Assembly (NCBI GenBank): GCA_964494015.1 | Contig: CAZBQC010000001.1 | Coordinates: 7,551 to 71,550 of the forward strand | Source of the DNA: an uncultured Muribaculaceae bacterium | Lineage (GTDB): Bacteria > Bacillota_I > Bacilli_A > RF39 > UBA660 | Reading direction: 5' to 3' | DNA: 64,000 bases | Shown: piece after piece, positions 27,505 through 37,467 of the stretch | Numbering within the stretch: position 1 is the first letter of the stretch | Layout: each line of letters opens with the position of its first letter | The notes under the pieces: model-generated | What the model was told of the DNA's origin: nothing | Seen by the model: only the letters and a program-made list of their open reading frames with translations | Databases searched by the model: none | Translations under genes and position numbers: made by a program

Positions 27505-30357
27505 ATGTACACGGAATACGACAAAGAAGGAAATTATACACAAGATGAAAAACCAGATCGTAAAAAGCTATATATCATAATAGCCATTATAATTGGTATA
27601 TTACTTTTAATTTGGTTATTTTTCTTTAGTGGCTGGATAAAATTTGGTTATGGTTCAAGAGTTAAAAATATTAGTATTAACATGAAGACTTTAGGTTTAA
27701 AGCCTAAAGATACTTATCAGCTCTATGCCGAAGTAGGGCCAAATAATGCTAAAAATAAAACGGTTACTTGGCACAGTAGCGATAGTAATGTTGCCGAAGT
27801 AGATTCGAAAACAGGACTAGTAACGGCTATTGCTGAAGGTCAAGCGATGGTGGTCGTTGTCAGTAACGATAATAAAAAGGTTTCGGCTGACTGTATTGTG
27901 ACGGTAAGCAATAATTTAACTGATGTCACAGGAATATCCTTTACAAGTGATGAAATAACAATCTATAAAGGTAGTGGCGAGTTATTAGAAGTTACTGTTT
28001 CACCAGATACAGCTAAGACGCCAGTCTTGAAATATATTAGTAGCAATAATGTTGTTGTCAAGGTTAACGATATTGGATATGTCACAGGCGTTGATGTTGG
28101 AACAGCGACAGTTATGGTTCAAACGGAAGATGGCAAGTTCAGTGATACAATTACAGTTTATGTCAAATCCGGAAGTGGTTCGACAGTCATTAATCCAACC
28201 GGTCTTAAGTTTGCTGCTGATAGTGTTGATATTGTTGTCAACACAACTCAAAATTTAGGAATAACATTTACACCAACTAATGCAACTAATACATCTTTGA
28301 CCTGGGCAAGTACTGATACCTCAGTAGTTAAAGTTAACAATGGTGCAGTGACAGGATTAAAAATAGGAACAGCACAAGTTAAAGCAACAACCTTTAATAA
28401 TATAACGGCAACTATTAATGTTAATGTTATAGCTGCCCCAATACCTGTTACAGGGCTAACAGTAAGTCCAACTTCAGTTACTTTGAAGATGGGTGGAACA
28501 AGACAAATAACACCAACGATTGCGCCAGCTAATGCTTCAAACCAAGAAGTTACTTATACTTCTAGCAATACTAGTATAGCAACAGTATCTGAAAATGGTC
28601 TAATAACAGGAGTGTCTACTGGATCAGCTACAATTACGGTAAAGACTAAAGATCAAGGAAAAGAAGCAACAGTAGCTGTTACAGTGTCAAGTGAAAGTAG
28701 TGGTGGATCGTCTGGTGGAAGTAGTGGAGGATCGTCTGGCGGGAGTAGTTCTTCTGCTACAGTGTCTATTTCCGGACCAACTCAAATATTTAAAAATACT
28801 ACAGTTAAATATATAGTAAATGGATTACCTGCAACTGCTGTGGGTGTAGAGTGCTATGTAAGAGAGCAAGATAAGCCTTATTCAAATGTTTCTTCTGACA
28901 AATATAATAAATCGTTATGTACCCTTAAAGGTTTAACAGCTGGAAAAGATATAGTACTTACTGCTAAAGTTTTTGATGCTGGCAAAACTTATACTGTTAG
29001 TATTAAAGTAAAAATTATTGAGTTAGAAAAAGGTGAAAGCGGTCCTAAAGAAATTAAATCAATTAAATTTATTGCCAAAACCGGAAATTTAAAATTGGGT
29101 AGTACCTTTGGCTTTTCTGTAGTTTTAGAGCCTTCTGATGTAAAACTTTCTGGTGGTGTTACATGGCAAAATTCAGATACTAGTGTTGTTAACCTTTTAA
29201 AATCTACAGAAACTTTCGCCAGAGCAACAGGCAAAAAAGCCGGGACAGCGGTTATCTCTGCAATAGCAATGGATATGTATGGAAATAAAGTTTCGGTATC
29301 TGCTATCGTTACTGTTTATTCAGATGTAATAGATAAAACTCCTCCAATATGTGGTGATAAGCATGATGAGCCAAGTGTGTTGAGTTGGACTAGAAATGAC
29401 AGAACAATTAAGGTTGATTGCAAAGATGAAGGTGGTTCGGGATGCACCCAATCAAGTTTTACAAAGACTTTTACCAAAGACGGTGAATTTGATATGATAG
29501 AAATATCTGATAAAGCCGGAAATACAACCCTTTGTCCAGTTAGAATAAATATTGATCAAAAACCACCAGCATGTAAAACTGGTTCAGGTGAAAGTATTAA
29601 TTGGACACGCGGTACCAATGGTAGTAAAACAATTACAGTTAAGTGTGAAGACAGTAGTTCTGGATGCAAAAGTCCTACATTTACATTAACCTTTAATACA
29701 ACTATAAAACAGTCAACAATAACAATTGAAGATAAAGTTGGTAATACAGTAAAATGTCCAGTCAATGTTTTTCTTGATACAACGCCTCCTAACAAATGTA
29801 CAATTAGTACTTCTCCCGGGGTTGGAACTTCTAAAACTATTACGGTAAAAGATAATGGTGATAGTCATAGTGGCATTAAAAATGTCAAAATTGGAACTTC
29901 ATCTGGATCAAGTGTAGCTTCCCAGTCATATTCATCTACTGGAAAATTTGTTGGAACCGTAACTGATAATGCAGGTAATACTAATAGTTGTTCACTTACT
30001 TTAGTTAGTAAGAAACAGTATAAATATTCAACTTGTACGACAGGAAAGAGATGTAGTCTTGCTGGTAAAGAAGTTTGCTCTGGATGGTCTAATCCAAAGT
30101 ACCTTTGTTATAGTTCAGCATCCGAAGCGAAGAATTTAAATACTTGGAAAACCACCATATGTAATAAAATAAACGATCCTGATTGTAAGTACAGTTGTAA
30201 AACTTTCAGTTGTGATTCTTGGCGTTATAATGAGAGTTGTTCAAAATGTGGATGTGGTTCATGGAGTTCGTGGTCCGAAAATTGGAGTGATGTGAGAATA
30301 AATGAAAGTAACTGTCGTCAAAGACTGGAAAGAACAGTTTATTATCAATCAAGCTAA
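27505..30357 (+). CDS. Large surface protein with an N-terminal TM anchor, multiple Big_2-type Ig-like repeats, a (GGS)n linker and three Cys-rich C-terminal repeats.
   Basis: Repeated VTWxSSDxxVAxV... Ig-like units. SSGGSSGGSSGGSSGGSSSS at 28690-28750. The ~55-aa unit C..W....I.V.C.D..SGC...F...F......I.D..GN...CPV is present three times. Confidence 0.55.
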   Translation: MYTEYDKEGNYTQDEKPDRKKLYIIIAIIIGILLLIWLFFFSGWIKFGYGSRVKNISINMKTLGLKPKDTYQLYAEVGPNNAKNKTVTWHSSDSNVAEVDSKTGLVTAIAEGQAMVVVVSNDNKKVSADCIVTVSNNLTDVTGISFTSDEITIYKGSGELLEVTVSPDTAKTPVLKYISSNNVVVKVNDIGYVTGVDVGTATVMVQTEDGKFSDTITVYVKSGSGSTVINPTGLKFAADSVDIVVNTTQNLGITFTPTNATNTSLTWASTDTSVVKVNNGAVTGLKIGTAQVKATTFNNITATINVNVIAAPIPVTGLTVSPTSVTLKMGGTRQITPTIAPANASNQEVTYTSSNTSIATVSENGLITGVSTGSATITVKTKDQGKEATVAVTVSSESSGGSSGGSSGGSSGGSSSSATVSISGPTQIFKNTTVKYIVNGLPATAVGVECYVREQDKPYSNVSSDKYNKSLCTLKGLTAGKDIVLTAKVFDAGKTYTVSIKVKIIELEKGESGPKEIKSIKFIAKTGNLKLGSTFGFSVVLEPSDVKLSGGVTWQNSDTSVVNLLKSTETFARATGKKAGTAVISAIAMDMYGNKVSVSAIVTVYSDVIDKTPPICGDKHDEPSVLSWTRNDRTIKVDCKDEGGSGCTQSSFTKTFTKDGEFDMIEISDKAGNTTLCPVRINIDQKPPACKTGSGESINWTRGTNGSKTITVKCEDSSSGCKSPTFTLTFNTTIKQSTITIEDKVGNTVKCPVNVFLDTTPPNKCTISTSPGVGTSKTITVKDNGDSHSGIKNVKIGTSSGSSVASQSYSSTGKFVGTVTDNAGNTNSCSLTLVSKKQYKYSTCTTGKRCSLAGKEVCSGWSNPKYLCYSSASEAKNLNTWKTTICNKINDPDCKYSCKTFSCDSWRYNESCSKCGCGSWSSWSENWSDVRINESNCRQRLERTVYYQSS

Positions 30358-30364
30358 GGGTTAT

Positions 30365-30406
30365 TAAAAAGCATAAAATGGAGTGAATTCATTCTATGCT
30401 TTTTTT
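30365..30406. terminator. Bidirectional terminator between the surface-protein gene (+) and sodA (-).
   Basis: AGCATAAAATG...CATTCTATGCT hairpin with A5 upstream and T7 downstream. Confidence 0.55.
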
Positions 30407-31008
30407 GTGTTTTTATAGTTATTATTTATGGTATTGAAATCTACTATTTCAAAGAAATTATCGATATATTTATTTCGCTCATTTTTATATTTCAAGTAAT
30501 AGGCATGTTCCCATAAGTCTAGTGCCATGATTGGTGTATATCCAAAAGAATATGGTGTCTCTTGATTAGTGACATTGATAATATTTAAATTACCATTATC
30601 ATCAACTACCAACATGGTATAACCACTTCCAACTAAATTGTTAGCGTACTCCTTAAATGTATTCTTAAAATTATTAAAGTTTTGATATTTGCCATTAATA
30701 GCAGTTGCTATCTCATTTGCTGGAACATTATTTTTATTTGGACTCATATTATCAAAATATAAAATATGGTTTAGTACCCCTCCTAAATTAAAGAGAATAT
30801 CTCCTCGATCATTGATATCAAAAATATCCAAGTGATTGACTAATTCTTCCATTGAGTAACGATAATCATAATTATTCCTCTTTAGTAGGGCGTTTAAATT
30901 ATCCATATACTTCTGGGCATGTTTATCATGATGTAGTCGCATTGTTTCCTCATCGATGTATGGTTCTAGGGCATTATGAGGATACTTTAATGGTGGTAAT
31001 TCATACAT
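30394..31008 (-). CDS. sodA: Fe/Mn superoxide dismutase.
   Basis: HHDKHAQKYMDNLN and DLWEHAYYL motifs. Confidence 0.9.
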   Translation of the reverse strand: MYELPPLKYPHNALEPYIDEETMRLHHDKHAQKYMDNLNALLKRNNYDYRYSMEELVNHLDIFDINDRGDILFNLGGVLNHILYFDNMSPNKNNVPANEIATAINGKYQNFNNFKNTFKEYANNLVGSGYTMLVVDDNGNLNIINVTNQETPYSFGYTPIMALDLWEHAYYLKYKNERNKYIDNFFEIVDFNTINNNYKNTKKA

Positions 31009-31109
31009 AGTAAAACCTCCTACTTAATCGTATTAATTTCTCTTCTTTTTAGAATTAGTATTTGAGATTATTTGATTTTGTAATATAATATAATTAGAGT
31101 AGGTGAATA

Positions 31110-32108
31110 ATGAAAATATTAGTGACGGGTGGAACAGGGTATATTGGTAGTCATACTTGTGTCGAACTATTAAGAAATGGATTTGAGATAGTAGTGATTG
31201 ATAACTTGTCTAATTCTAAGATTGAGGTTGTCGATAAGATCAAGAAAATTACGGGGAAAGATTTTACCTTTTATCAGGGTGATATCAGAGATAGTTTACT
31301 ACTGGAAGAGATCTTTCAAAAAGAAGAAATTGATGCAGTGATTCATTTTGCGGGTTTAAAAGCTGTTGGAGAATCAGTTTCCAAGCCACTTCTTTACTAC
31401 CGTAATAATATCGATGGAACTTTGATTCTATGTGAGATTATGAACAAATATAACTGTAAGAGGCTGGTTTTTTCGAGTAGTGCGACAGTCTATGGTAAAC
31501 CAGAAACTTTACCTATTAAAGAAGATTTTCAATTATCGACGACTAATCCTTATGGTTCAACTAAATTATATATTGAAGGTATATTAAAAGACCTATATAT
31601 AGCTGATCATGAGTGGTCGATCGTCATCCTTCGTTATTTTAATCCGATTGGATCGGATAAATCTGGTTTGATTGGTGAAAATCCTAACGATATTCCTAAT
31701 AATTTAATGCCTTATATCATGAAAGTGGCAGTAGGGGAACTACCTCATTTAAATGTCTTTGGCAATGACTATGATACACCTGACGGAACTGGTGTTAGAG
31801 ATTATATTCATGTAGTCGATCTAGCTCTTGGACACTTGAGTGCTTTAAACATTTTAACTCCAGGAGTTGAGTACATCAATTTAGGTACTGGTAAAGGTTA
31901 CAGTGTCCTTGATCTTGTCAGTACTTTTATGAAGGTTAATCGAGTAGATGTTCCTTATAAGATTGTCGAACGACGTCCAGGAGACATCGATGCCTGTTAT
32001 GCCGACGTGACCTATGCTAAGAAAAGGTTAGGTTGGGAAGCTAAACATACTCTTGAAGAGATGTGCAAGGATGCCTATAATTTCATTAAAAACGAAAAGA
32101 ATCTTTAG
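31110..32108 (+). CDS. galE: UDP-glucose 4-epimerase.
   Basis: Rossmann N-terminus MKILVTGGTGYIGSH and a YxxxK SDR motif. Confidence 0.85.
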   Translation: MKILVTGGTGYIGSHTCVELLRNGFEIVVIDNLSNSKIEVVDKIKKITGKDFTFYQGDIRDSLLLEEIFQKEEIDAVIHFAGLKAVGESVSKPLLYYRNNIDGTLILCEIMNKYNCKRLVFSSSATVYGKPETLPIKEDFQLSTTNPYGSTKLYIEGILKDLYIADHEWSIVILRYFNPIGSDKSGLIGENPNDIPNNLMPYIMKVAVGELPHLNVFGNDYDTPDGTGVRDYIHVVDLALGHLSALNILTPGVEYINLGTGKGYSVLDLVSTFMKVNRVDVPYKIVERRPGDIDACYADVTYAKKRLGWEAKHTLEEMCKDAYNFIKNEKNL

Positions 32109-32193
32109 GATTTTTTTTAATTTCGATATAAAGTGATAAGTAGTGACATTACTTAAAATATATGTTAAAATTCTATTAGTAGAGGTGACTAGG

Positions 32194-32598
32194 ATGAATC
32201 GAAGTAAGTTAAGAGAAATAGCGATGAAAGTTTTATATCAAGTGTACATTCTTAACAATACTAAAGTTAAGTATGAGACTTGTGACCTCATCAAAGAACA
32301 ATTGGAAGTTGAAAACGATTTTATTAATACGATTGTCTTTGGAGTTATTAAAGAACAAAAAAATATTGAAAAATTAGCTAATAAATATTTAGTTGATTGG
32401 GAGTTAAATCAATTAAATAAGGTTGATAAAGCAATTCTTTCTCTTAGTATTTATGAACTTCTATATACTGATACACCTCATATTGTTTCAATTAATGAAG
32501 CAATTGAGTTATCAAAGGTTTATAGTGATCCGAAAGTTACTAAAATGATCAATGCGGTTTTAGATAATATTTATCATCATGAGGTTTTAGATGAATAA
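32194..32598 (+). CDS. nusB: Transcription antitermination factor NusB.
   Basis: MNRSKLREIAMKVLYQ... RBS AGAGGTGAC. The ORF track begins at 32143, but the ATG at 32194 fits the RBS. Confidence 0.8.
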   Translation: MNRSKLREIAMKVLYQVYILNNTKVKYETCDLIKEQLEVENDFINTIVFGVIKEQKNIEKLANKYLVDWELNQLNKVDKAILSLSIYELLYTDTPHIVSINEAIELSKVYSDPKVTKMINAVLDNIYHHEVLDE

Positions 32599-33847
32599 TG
32601 ATAAGTATCTTTCGGTTACGGAGTTAACTAGATATATTAAAGATTTAATCGATAATGATTTATTTTTAAATAATGTTTTTCTAAGAGGAGAAATATCCAA
32701 TTTTAAAGCTCATACGAGAGGTCACTTTTATTTTACTTTAAAAGATGAAAATTCAAGAATTAATGCCGTGATGTTTCTAGGTCAGGCTAGTAAAATAAAG
32801 TTTACACCGACTGATGGGATGAAAGTGTTAGTAACGGGCCGAATCAGTGTCTATGAGACAACTGGAGGATACCAAATTTATGTCGAAGAGATGATTGAGG
32901 ATGGGATTGGCAACTTATATATTGCTTTTGAACAGTTAAAGAAAAAATTAGAAGAAGAGGGCTTGTTTAGGGCTGAGCATAAGAGAAAGATTCCTAAGAT
33001 TCCAAAGAAGATTGGAATTGTTACAGCGTCTACTGGGGCAGCTGTCAAAGATATTTTATCGACGATTAAAAGAAGATGGCCACTAGCTGAAACTATTCTT
33101 TTTCCCAGTTTAGTTCAAGGAGAGTTGGCAGCTGACGATATTGTCAAAAATATTCAGTTAGCTAATAATTGTGACATTGATGTTTTGATAGTTGGTCGAG
33201 GTGGAGGCAGTATCGAAGATTTATGGCCTTTTAACGAAGAAATAGTCGCTCGAGCTATCTACAATTCCAAAGTGCCAGTTATCAGTGCTGTTGGGCATGA
33301 AATTGACTTTTCGATCAGTGATTTTGTGGCAGATTTAAGAGCTCCAACGCCAACCGGAGCGGCTGAATTATCGGTTCCTAATATCATCGATGTTTTGAAT
33401 TATTTAAGTCAGATTGATATTCGCTTAAATAAAGTCATCAGTCATAAGATTGATTTTAATCAAGAAATTTTAAATCGTTTAAAAAAGAGTTATGTTCTTA
33501 CTAATCCCATGTCAATTTATCAGATTAAAGAACAAAACTTTGATAATTTAATTGAAAGATTAAAGTTAAATATTTTAGCAATTATTAAGAATAATACAGA
33601 TTATTTTAAAAATCTTAAGAATAATTATCTTTTAAAAAATCCTAAGGTTCTATATGAAGCAAAAGCGAAAGAATATCAATATTTATTAAATAAGTTAGAA
33701 ATACTTAATCCTCTTTTAACGATTAAGCGAGGTTATAGTATTACTAAAAATAAAGGTAAGATAGTTAAAAGTATTAAAGATGTTAAAAAGAATGATCAAC
33801 TTAATATTGAAGTTACCGATGGTGTAATTGACGCCATCGTAGTATAG
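32591..33847 (+). CDS. xseA: Exodeoxyribonuclease VII large subunit.
   Basis: OB-fold N-terminus (VFLRGEISNFKAHTRGHFYFTLKD) and the catalytic region GRGGGSIEDLWPFNEE. Confidence 0.88.
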   Translation: MNNDKYLSVTELTRYIKDLIDNDLFLNNVFLRGEISNFKAHTRGHFYFTLKDENSRINAVMFLGQASKIKFTPTDGMKVLVTGRISVYETTGGYQIYVEEMIEDGIGNLYIAFEQLKKKLEEEGLFRAEHKRKIPKIPKKIGIVTASTGAAVKDILSTIKRRWPLAETILFPSLVQGELAADDIVKNIQLANNCDIDVLIVGRGGGSIEDLWPFNEEIVARAIYNSKVPVISAVGHEIDFSISDFVADLRAPTPTGAAELSVPNIIDVLNYLSQIDIRLNKVISHKIDFNQEILNRLKKSYVLTNPMSIYQIKEQNFDNLIERLKLNILAIIKNNTDYFKNLKNNYLLKNPKVLYEAKAKEYQYLLNKLEILNPLLTIKRGYSITKNKGKIVKSIKDVKKNDQLNIEVTDGVIDAIVV

Positions 33848-33855
33848 GAGGGAAT

Positions 33856-34080
33856 ATGGAAAAGAAAGAGTTAAGTTTTGAAGAAAATATTAAAAAGTTA
33901 GAGAGTATTGTTAAAGAACTCGAAAATGGTGAAGTACCACTGGATGAAGCCATTAAAAAATATCAGGAAGCTATGACTTTAGCTAAACTTTGCGATGACA
34001 AGTTAAAGAATGCTACCGAAACAATCAATAAGATTATGAATAAAGATGGCAGTCTATCTGATTTCAAGGCAGAAGAGTAA
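33856..34080 (+). CDS. xseB: Exodeoxyribonuclease VII small subunit.
   Basis: 74-aa coiled coil (ENIKKLESIVKELENGEVPLDEAIKKYQEA). Confidence 0.85.
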   Translation: MEKKELSFEENIKKLESIVKELENGEVPLDEAIKKYQEAMTLAKLCDDKLKNATETINKIMNKDGSLSDFKAEE

Positions 34081-34102
34081 TAGTGATTGGGGGAAGATTA
34101 AG

Positions 34103-34624
34103 ATGGCACGAAGTGATGAGTACGATAGAAGTTATGCAAAAATAAATACTTTATTAAATTTATATAACAAGATATATGAAATACCTTATACTTATAAAAA
34201 CAAAGATTCGATGCAGGACTTGTGCTTTTTGATGAATGAAATAGGACTTTCTCTTGGTGATTATTGTTTTGGTTTATATCATAGTGGTCCATTTTCCTAT
34301 ATCTTAGATGATCAAATTGACGAGTGTTTTAGAGAAAAAACAAACGAAAAAGAAATAACAAAACAAAATTACACTGAACTAGGTAATTTTGCCATCGAAG
34401 GTTTAAGAGTTCTAAAATATAGAATAATCAAATCTAATTGTACTGATTTATTGAAAGAAAAAAAGGATGATATTGTTTATTTTATGAACGCTATTGCTAT
34501 TGCAAAATATCTTATAGAGTATGAAAGACAAAGAGATGTTTTAAATACTTTAAATATTATGAGAGATAGAAAAGATGTTAATGAAATAGCTGTTGGAGAA
34601 GCTAGAAAATTACAAAGAATATGA
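34103..34624 (+). CDS. Hypothetical protein. It is the first gene of the accessory island.
   Basis: ORF with RBS GGGGGAAG 8 nt upstream of ATG 34103. I recognise no motif. Confidence 0.4.
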   Translation: MARSDEYDRSYAKINTLLNLYNKIYEIPYTYKNKDSMQDLCFLMNEIGLSLGDYCFGLYHSGPFSYILDDQIDECFREKTNEKEITKQNYTELGNFAIEGLRVLKYRIIKSNCTDLLKEKKDDIVYFMNAIAIAKYLIEYERQRDVLNTLNIMRDRKDVNEIAVGEARKLQRI

Positions 34625-34706
34625 TAAGAGTTTAAATAGATAAAAATTTTAATTTATAAAAACAAAAATATAGAGATTGATAAAAAATATCAATTTTTTT
34701 TGTTCT

Positions 34707-34765
34707 TGTTAGGATTTATTTTTTTTATGAGAAATATTATTAATAGGGGGTATTTTAAATAACAG
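34707..34765 (+). repeat. Conserved ~60-nt upstream element, copy A.
   Basis: About 80% identical to 36230-36282 (TTGTTAG[G/A]ATTT...GAGAAATATT[A/C]TTAATA[G/A]GG...). Confidence 0.5.
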
Positions 34766-34792
34766 AAAAACGAAAAAAAATTAGCTGAAAAG

Positions 34793-34819
34793 ATTTCTGT
34801 CGGAAATTTCGACAGAAAT
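34793..34819 (+). promoter_or_regulatory. 27-bp near-perfect palindrome upstream of the Bro-N gene. It is a candidate operator.
   Basis: ATTTCTGTCGGAAATTTCGACAGAAAT has 13/13 mirrored pairs except for one mismatch. It lies ~57 nt upstream of ATG 34876. Confidence 0.5.
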
Positions 34820-34875
34820 TCAGGAGTAGGGAAATTTAAAGTATATTATTTCTATGTCGTAGAAGGAGGATAGAT

Positions 34876-35658
34876 ATGGAAGAAAATAAGATGCGTTTAA
34901 TTAACAAAATATTTAATAATGAAACCATAAGAACGGTATGGGATAAAGAAGTTCAAAAATATTACATAAGTATTGTTGATGTTGTAGCATTATTATCAGA
35001 GAGCAAAAATCCACAAATATATTGGAGAGTATTAAAAAAGCGTTTGAAGGATGAAGGGAATGAAACCGTTACAAATTGTAACGGTTTGAAGTTAAGGGCT
35101 CAAGATGGTAAATATCGATTGGCTGATGTCTGTGATATTAAAGGAATTTTTAGAATTATAGAATCTATTCCATCTAAAAATGCCGAACCTATAAAACAAT
35201 GGCTAGCTAAACTTGGTAGTGAAAGAGTAGATGAGACTTTTGATCCTTCTCTTGCCCTTCAAAGAGCTATAGATTTATATAGGATAAAAGGTTATGATGA
35301 AAATTGGATTGCCAAAAGAATAAGGGTATTACAAGAAAGGAAGCAACTTACTGATGTTTGGAAAGAAAATGGTGTAACCGAACAAACGGAATATGCCATT
35401 CTTACCAATGAAATATATAAAAAATGGTCGGGTATGACGGCTAAAGAATATAAAGAATTTAAAGGGTTAAGAAGAGAAAGTCTTAGAGATAATATGGATA
35501 ATATTGAATTAATTTTAACAGATTTGTCAGAAGAAGCCACTAAAAGACTAGTAGTTAAGAAAAAACCTCAGGGATTGAAAGAAAATATTGGCGTTGCTAG
35601 ATTGGGAGGGAATGCTGCAAAATTGGCAAGAGAGGATATAGAAAAAAATCTTGGTTAA
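34876..35658 (+). CDS. Bro-N domain protein (phage antirepressor-like).
   Basis: FNNETIRTVWDKEVQKYYISIVDVVALL...GKYRLADVCDIKGIFRIIESIPSKNAEPIKQWLAKLG resembles Bro-N. RBS GAAGGAGG. Confidence 0.55.
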   Translation: MEENKMRLINKIFNNETIRTVWDKEVQKYYISIVDVVALLSESKNPQIYWRVLKKRLKDEGNETVTNCNGLKLRAQDGKYRLADVCDIKGIFRIIESIPSKNAEPIKQWLAKLGSERVDETFDPSLALQRAIDLYRIKGYDENWIAKRIRVLQERKQLTDVWKENGVTEQTEYAILTNEIYKKWSGMTAKEYKEFKGLRRESLRDNMDNIELILTDLSEEATKRLVVKKKPQGLKENIGVARLGGNAAKLAREDIEKNLG

Positions 35659-35702
35659 TCAGTAGTTACAAAAGATAGTAAATTAGACTATGAATATATA
35701 AA

Positions 35703-35729
35703 GGAAAATTCGGAAATTCCGTAAATTCT
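35703..35729 (+). repeat. Three tandem 9-mers that contain an 11-bp perfect palindrome.
   Basis: The 9-mers are GGAAAATTC, GGAAATTCC and GTAAATTCT. The 11-bp perfect palindrome is CGGAAATTCCG (35711-35721). Confidence 0.5.
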
Positions 35730-35761
35730 ATTAAACTAATAAATTTTTATGACTATAGAAA

Positions 35762-36211
35762 GTGATAACTGTGAAAAATGAAATAATATTATTTGAAAAT
35801 CAAAATGTTAAACTTGAAGTTAATATGCACGATGAAACAGTTTGGCTTAATAGGGAACAATTGGCTCAGTTGTTTGATAGAGACATTAAAATAATTGGCA
35901 AGCATGTTAATAATGTATTAAAAGAAGAATTAGATAAGGAAGTGGTTGTCGCAAAATTTACGACAACCACTAAACATGGTGCGATAGCTGGGAAAGAACA
36001 AAAAAGCATAGTTGATTATTACAATTTAGATATGATTATTAGTATCGGGTATCGTGTTAAAAGGAATAATGGTATTATTTTTAGAAAATGGGCAAATAAA
36101 ATTTTAAGAGATTATTTAATCCAAGGTTATGCAATTAATAATAAACGGTTAGAGTATCTTGAAAAAATTATTAAGATAATCGACATTGCAAATCAGATTT
36201 ATGCAAAATAG
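35762..36211 (+). CDS. RhuM-family N-terminal domain protein. It is a truncated paralog that lacks the Doc domain.
   Basis: NEIILFENQNVKLEVN..ETVWLNREQLAQLF...NLDMIISIGYRVK...FRKWANKILRDYLIQGYAINNKRL is RhuM-N. It is 149 aa and stops just after a 106-nt block that is ~97% identical to 36578-36683. The likely real start is GTG 35771, which aligns with the ATG of copy 2. Confidence 0.5.
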   Translation: MITVKNEIILFENQNVKLEVNMHDETVWLNREQLAQLFDRDIKIIGKHVNNVLKEELDKEVVVAKFTTTTKHGAIAGKEQKSIVDYYNLDMIISIGYRVKRNNGIIFRKWANKILRDYLIQGYAINNKRLEYLEKIIKIIDIANQIYAK

Positions 36212-36229
36212 CAATTCTTTTGTTAGAAT

Positions 36230-36282
36230 TTGTTTTTTTGACGAGAAATATTCTTAATAAGGTATATTAGAAAGTAATAACT
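36230..36282 (+). repeat. Conserved upstream element, copy B.
   Basis: See 34707-34765. Confidence 0.5.
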
Positions 36283-37215
36283 ATGAAAAATGAAATTATT
36301 ATATTTGAAAATCAAAATATTAAACTTGAAGTTAATCTTCAAAAAGAAACAGTTTGGTTAACTCAAAAACAGATAGCTATTCTTTTTGAAAAGGATGAAA
36401 ATACAATAAATGATCATATTAAAAACATATTTTTGGAAGGCGAATTAGAAAAAGAAACTTCCACCGGGATTTCCGGTAAAAGTTTTGGTGGCAGAAAAGC
36501 AAAAACATATAATTTAGATGTTATAATTTCGGTTGGATATCGAGTTAAATCTAAAAATGGTATTATCTTTCGTCAGTGGGCAAATAAAATTTTAAGAGAT
36601 TATTTAATCCAAGGTTATGCAATTAATAATAAACGGTTAGAGTATCTTGAAAAAACTATTAAGATAATCGACATTGCTAATCGTATTGATGAAAAATTAG
36701 AAAATAAGGAAGCCAAAGAAATTTTAAATATTATTGGCAAATATACCAAAGCTCTTAATATGTTAGATAATTATGATCATAAAAAAACAACTAAACCAAA
36801 AGGAACAAAAAATGATCAACGAATTAACTATGATGAATGTCTAGAACTTATTAATATTTTAAAAACTAACCAAAATAGTACTATTTTTGCACTGGAAAGA
36901 GACAATGGTTTAGAAGGAATTATTAAAGATATTTACCAAACATATGAATGCAAAGAACTATATCCTACTGTTGAAGAAAAAGCTGCTAATTTTTTATATA
37001 TGATTGTCAAAAATCATGTTTTTATTGATGGAAATAAAAGAATAGCAGCGACATTATTTATTTACTTTCTATTCAAATATGAAATTTTGTATATTAATGA
37101 TAAGCAAATCATCGACAATAACACTTTAACTGCAATGACTTTATTAATTGCTGAATCTAATCCTAAAGAAAAGGAAGTGATTATTGATCTAATATTAAAT
37201 TTCTTTAATAACTGA
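36283..37215 (+). CDS. RhuM-family protein with a C-terminal Fic/Doc (death-on-curing-like) domain.
   Basis: The N-terminal domain is as in 35762-36211. The C-terminal HVFIDGNKRIAATLF matches the Doc motif HxFxDGNKR. Confidence 0.6.
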   Translation: MKNEIIIFENQNIKLEVNLQKETVWLTQKQIAILFEKDENTINDHIKNIFLEGELEKETSTGISGKSFGGRKAKTYNLDVIISVGYRVKSKNGIIFRQWANKILRDYLIQGYAINNKRLEYLEKTIKIIDIANRIDEKLENKEAKEILNIIGKYTKALNMLDNYDHKKTTKPKGTKNDQRINYDECLELINILKTNQNSTIFALERDNGLEGIIKDIYQTYECKELYPTVEEKAANFLYMIVKNHVFIDGNKRIAATLFIYFLFKYEILYINDKQIIDNNTLTAMTLLIAESNPKEKEVIIDLILNFFNN

Positions 37216-37467
37216 TGTTTATTGAGTAAAACATTTTATAATGAAACAATAGAACTTTATGGAATAAAAAAGTTGAAAAATATTACATAAGTATTGTAGA
37301 CATAATTTAAGTTCTTGCAGAAAGTAGGGAGCCAAGAAAATATTGAAATTGGTTAAAAATAAATTGCAAAAAGAAGAGGAATTTGAAGTGTCTAGTATTA
37401 CTAAACACTTGAAATTGAAATCTGCTGATGGTAAATATTATAATACTAAGGTACTTGAAACTAAATA
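37216..37467 (+). pseudogene. Decayed fragment of a second Bro-N paralog.
   Basis: It is ~75% nt identity to codons ~1-85 of 34876-35658 (ATGtTTTTAtT..AATGAAACAATAGAAC..AAATATTACATAAGTATTGTAGAC). It has frameshifts and early stops, and no intact start. Confidence 0.55.
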
